DNA of 64,000 nucleotides from Acidimicrobiia bacterium (GTDB lineage Bacteria; Actinomycetota; Acidimicrobiia; Acidimicrobiales; Ilumatobacteraceae): NCBI GenBank assembly GCA_050248955.1, contig JBFWRK010000015.1, positions 43,585 to 107,584 of the forward strand, read 5' to 3'. Shown piece by piece: positions 62,542 to 64,000 of this stretch (position 1 is its first letter; each line of letters starts with the position of its first letter). The notes under the pieces were generated by a model. It saw only the letters and a program-made list of their open reading frames with translations, ran no database searches and was not told where the DNA came from. The position numbers and the translations under genes were made by a program.

Positions 62542-63428
62542 GTGACCCGGTGGACCGACGGACGGGCAGCGGGACGTCGCTCCGAGCCCGGCTCGCGGCA
62601 CGCGAACCGGTGCTGATGCCGGGCGTCTGGGACGCGATCTCGGCGAAGCTCTGCGCCGAATCCGGCTTCTCCACAGTGTTCCTCTCCGGGTACTGCGTCG
62701 CCGGGTCGTTGCTCGGCGTGCCCGACTTCGGCCTGCTCACCCAGACCGAGATGGCCGACGTGGCCCGGCGGGTCTGTGCTGCGGTACCCGGCGTCGACGT
62801 GGTCGTCGACGCCGACACCGGCTACGGCAACCCGCTCAACACGCGACGAACCGTCGAGCTCTGGGAACAGGCCGGCGCGGCGGGCATGTTCATCGAGGAC
62901 CAGGTCTGGCCGAAGCGGTGCGGGCACATGGCGGGCAAGCAGGTCGTGCTGCGGGCGGAGTGGCTCGCAAAGCTGCAGGCGGCGTGCGACCACGGAGCGA
63001 CGATCCACATCACGGCGAGGACCGATGCCCGCGCCGCGAACGGGCTCGACGACGCGATCGAGCGGGCGAAGATGGCCCGCGACACCGGGGTCGACGCGCT
63101 GTTCGTCGAGGCGCCGGAATCGGTCGGCGAGCTCGAGGCAATTGCTGCCGCGCTGCCGGACATCACGCTCGTCGCCAACATGGTCGAATCGGGACGAACA
63201 CCCTTGCTCAGCCCGGCGGAGCTGGCAGATCTCGGGTTCACGTTGATCGTCTCGCCGCTGTCGTTGCTGTTCACGATGGTGCAGGCGATCCGCGGCACGC
63301 TGGACGTCCTCGCCGCGAAGGGCACGATGCGGGATGACCTCGGGCGGCTCGTCGACATGGACGGGTTCGGGCGGCTCGTCGGCCTCGACGAGCACTATGC
63401 GCTCGACGCCAGATACCGATCTGGCTGA
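62538..63428 (+). CDS. Isocitrate lyase / PEP mutase family enzyme (methylisocitrate-lyase-like)
   Basis: VDADTGYGN and IEDQVWPKRCGHMAGK motifs. ATGA overlap with the acyl-CoA synthetase stop. Confidence 0.85.
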   Translation: MSDPVDRRTGSGTSLRARLAAREPVLMPGVWDAISAKLCAESGFSTVFLSGYCVAGSLLGVPDFGLLTQTEMADVARRVCAAVPGVDVVVDADTGYGNPLNTRRTVELWEQAGAAGMFIEDQVWPKRCGHMAGKQVVLRAEWLAKLQAACDHGATIHITARTDARAANGLDDAIERAKMARDTGVDALFVEAPESVGELEAIAAALPDITLVANMVESGRTPLLSPAELADLGFTLIVSPLSLLFTMVQAIRGTLDVLAAKGTMRDDLGRLVDMDGFGRLVGLDEHYALDARYRSG

Positions 63429-63449
63429 CGTCGCACCGGACGCTATGCT

Positions 63450-63545
63450 CTCGCCCAGCATCAAGAGCGGCCCCCTGCGGGGCCCGGCAACCTGGGTCGG
63501 AAGCCCCAAGGTGCCTCTCACCGGTTGGTGAGGATGTGGCCGGCC
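63450..63545 (+). promoter_or_regulatory. SAM riboswitch aptamer (SAM-I / SAM-IV clan) upstream of metX
   Basis: Core elements in order: GCATCAAGAG, P2 hairpin ggcccc-ctgc-ggggcc, CGGCAACC, P3, AAGGTGCC, P4 hairpin ctcacc-ggtt-ggtgag. A 3' strand GATGTGG can close P1 with CCAGCATC. Folded by eye only. Confidence 0.55.
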
Positions 63546-63613
63546 TGCCGGCAACGAAGCTTCCGGTCTTGATGCACGCCGATTCGATCTCGTCGCGAGA
63601 AGGGTGCACTGGA

Positions 63614-64000
63614 ATGCAGGTAGTAGCGGGTCGCCAGCCGCCGCCGGTCACCGGCGCATGGCAGCCGGGCGACCCGATCGGGCGGCGCCGATTCCACATG
63701 ACTTCGTCCGACCGGCAGTTCGCGCTCGACGGCGGTGGGTCCCTGCGCGAGATCGTGACCGCCTTCGAGACGTGGGGCACCCTCGACGACCAGCAGTCGA
63801 ACGCCGTGCTCCTCTGCCATGCGTGGACCGGTGACAGCCACGTCGCCGGACCGATGAGCGCCGGCCACGCGAGCCCAGGTTGGTGGGAGGGGATGATCGG
63901 CCCGGGCCGCCCGATCGACACGAACCGCTGGTTTGTCGTGTGCGCCAACGTCCTCGGCGGGTGCCAGGGATCGACCGGACCGGCGTCGGCTGATCCGGTC
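63614..64000 (+). CDS. metX: Homoserine O-acetyltransferase, N-terminal part (3' end outside the window)
   Basis: FALDGGGSL...FETWGTL...LLCHAWTGDSHVAG...GWWEGMIGPGRPIDTNRWFVVCANVLGGCQGSTGP is a typical MetX N-terminus. The frame stays open to the window end. Start is ATG 63614 (preferred; GAAGGG upstream) or 63698. Confidence 0.85.
   Translation, partial: MQVVAGRQPPPVTGAWQPGDPIGRRRFHMTSSDRQFALDGGGSLREIVTAFETWGTLDDQQSNAVLLCHAWTGDSHVAGPMSAGHASPGWWEGMIGPGRPIDTNRWFVVCANVLGGCQGSTGPASADPV

Overview
High-GC (roughly 70%) actinobacterial-type chromosomal segment. It is densely coding, with no rRNA, tRNA, transposase, integrase or CRISPR that I can see. All family names come from motif recognition by eye; no search was run.

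Layout:
- Left edge: a DUF2344-like gene, RNase E/G, rplU and rpmA.
- About 3.5-24.7 kb: a block that splits the rpmA / obg-proB neighbourhood, which is contiguous in Mycobacterium tuberculosis. It carries an MFS transporter, a doubly membrane-anchored TIR-like protein, a six-gene operon and a convergent dGTPase-like gene.
- 24.7-37 kb: obg-proB, then an envelope/stress-flavoured block (PspA, MurJ, VWA lipoprotein, TerB-like AAA ATPase, MoxR plus CoxE-like VWA).
- 36.9-47.2 kb (minus strand): a de novo purine operon joined almost entirely by overlapping stop/start codons. It includes a PurD-PurM fusion followed by purN, and a tandem-PurS-PurL fusion.
- 47-64 kb: assorted metabolic genes, a reversed-order GNAT/ACS acetyltransferase, a SET-domain protein, a peptidoglycan amidase, an acyl-CoA synthetase, a PEP-mutase/ICL-family gene, and a SAM riboswitch upstream of metX at the right edge.

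Main candidate for an undescribed system: the operon at 6238-23200. It encodes two paralogous signal-peptide-less trypsin-fold serine proteases sharing a CCCxC motif, followed by four very large ORFs (1134, 1100, 1864 and 629 aa). I cannot assign these four to any characterised family. None has a P-loop or a signal peptide, and only one carries a membrane anchor (a central TM hairpin).

Several intergenic regions carry related short tandem and inverted repeats, including a G-quadruplex-type array upstream of obg and two copies of a 17-bp-stem hairpin.
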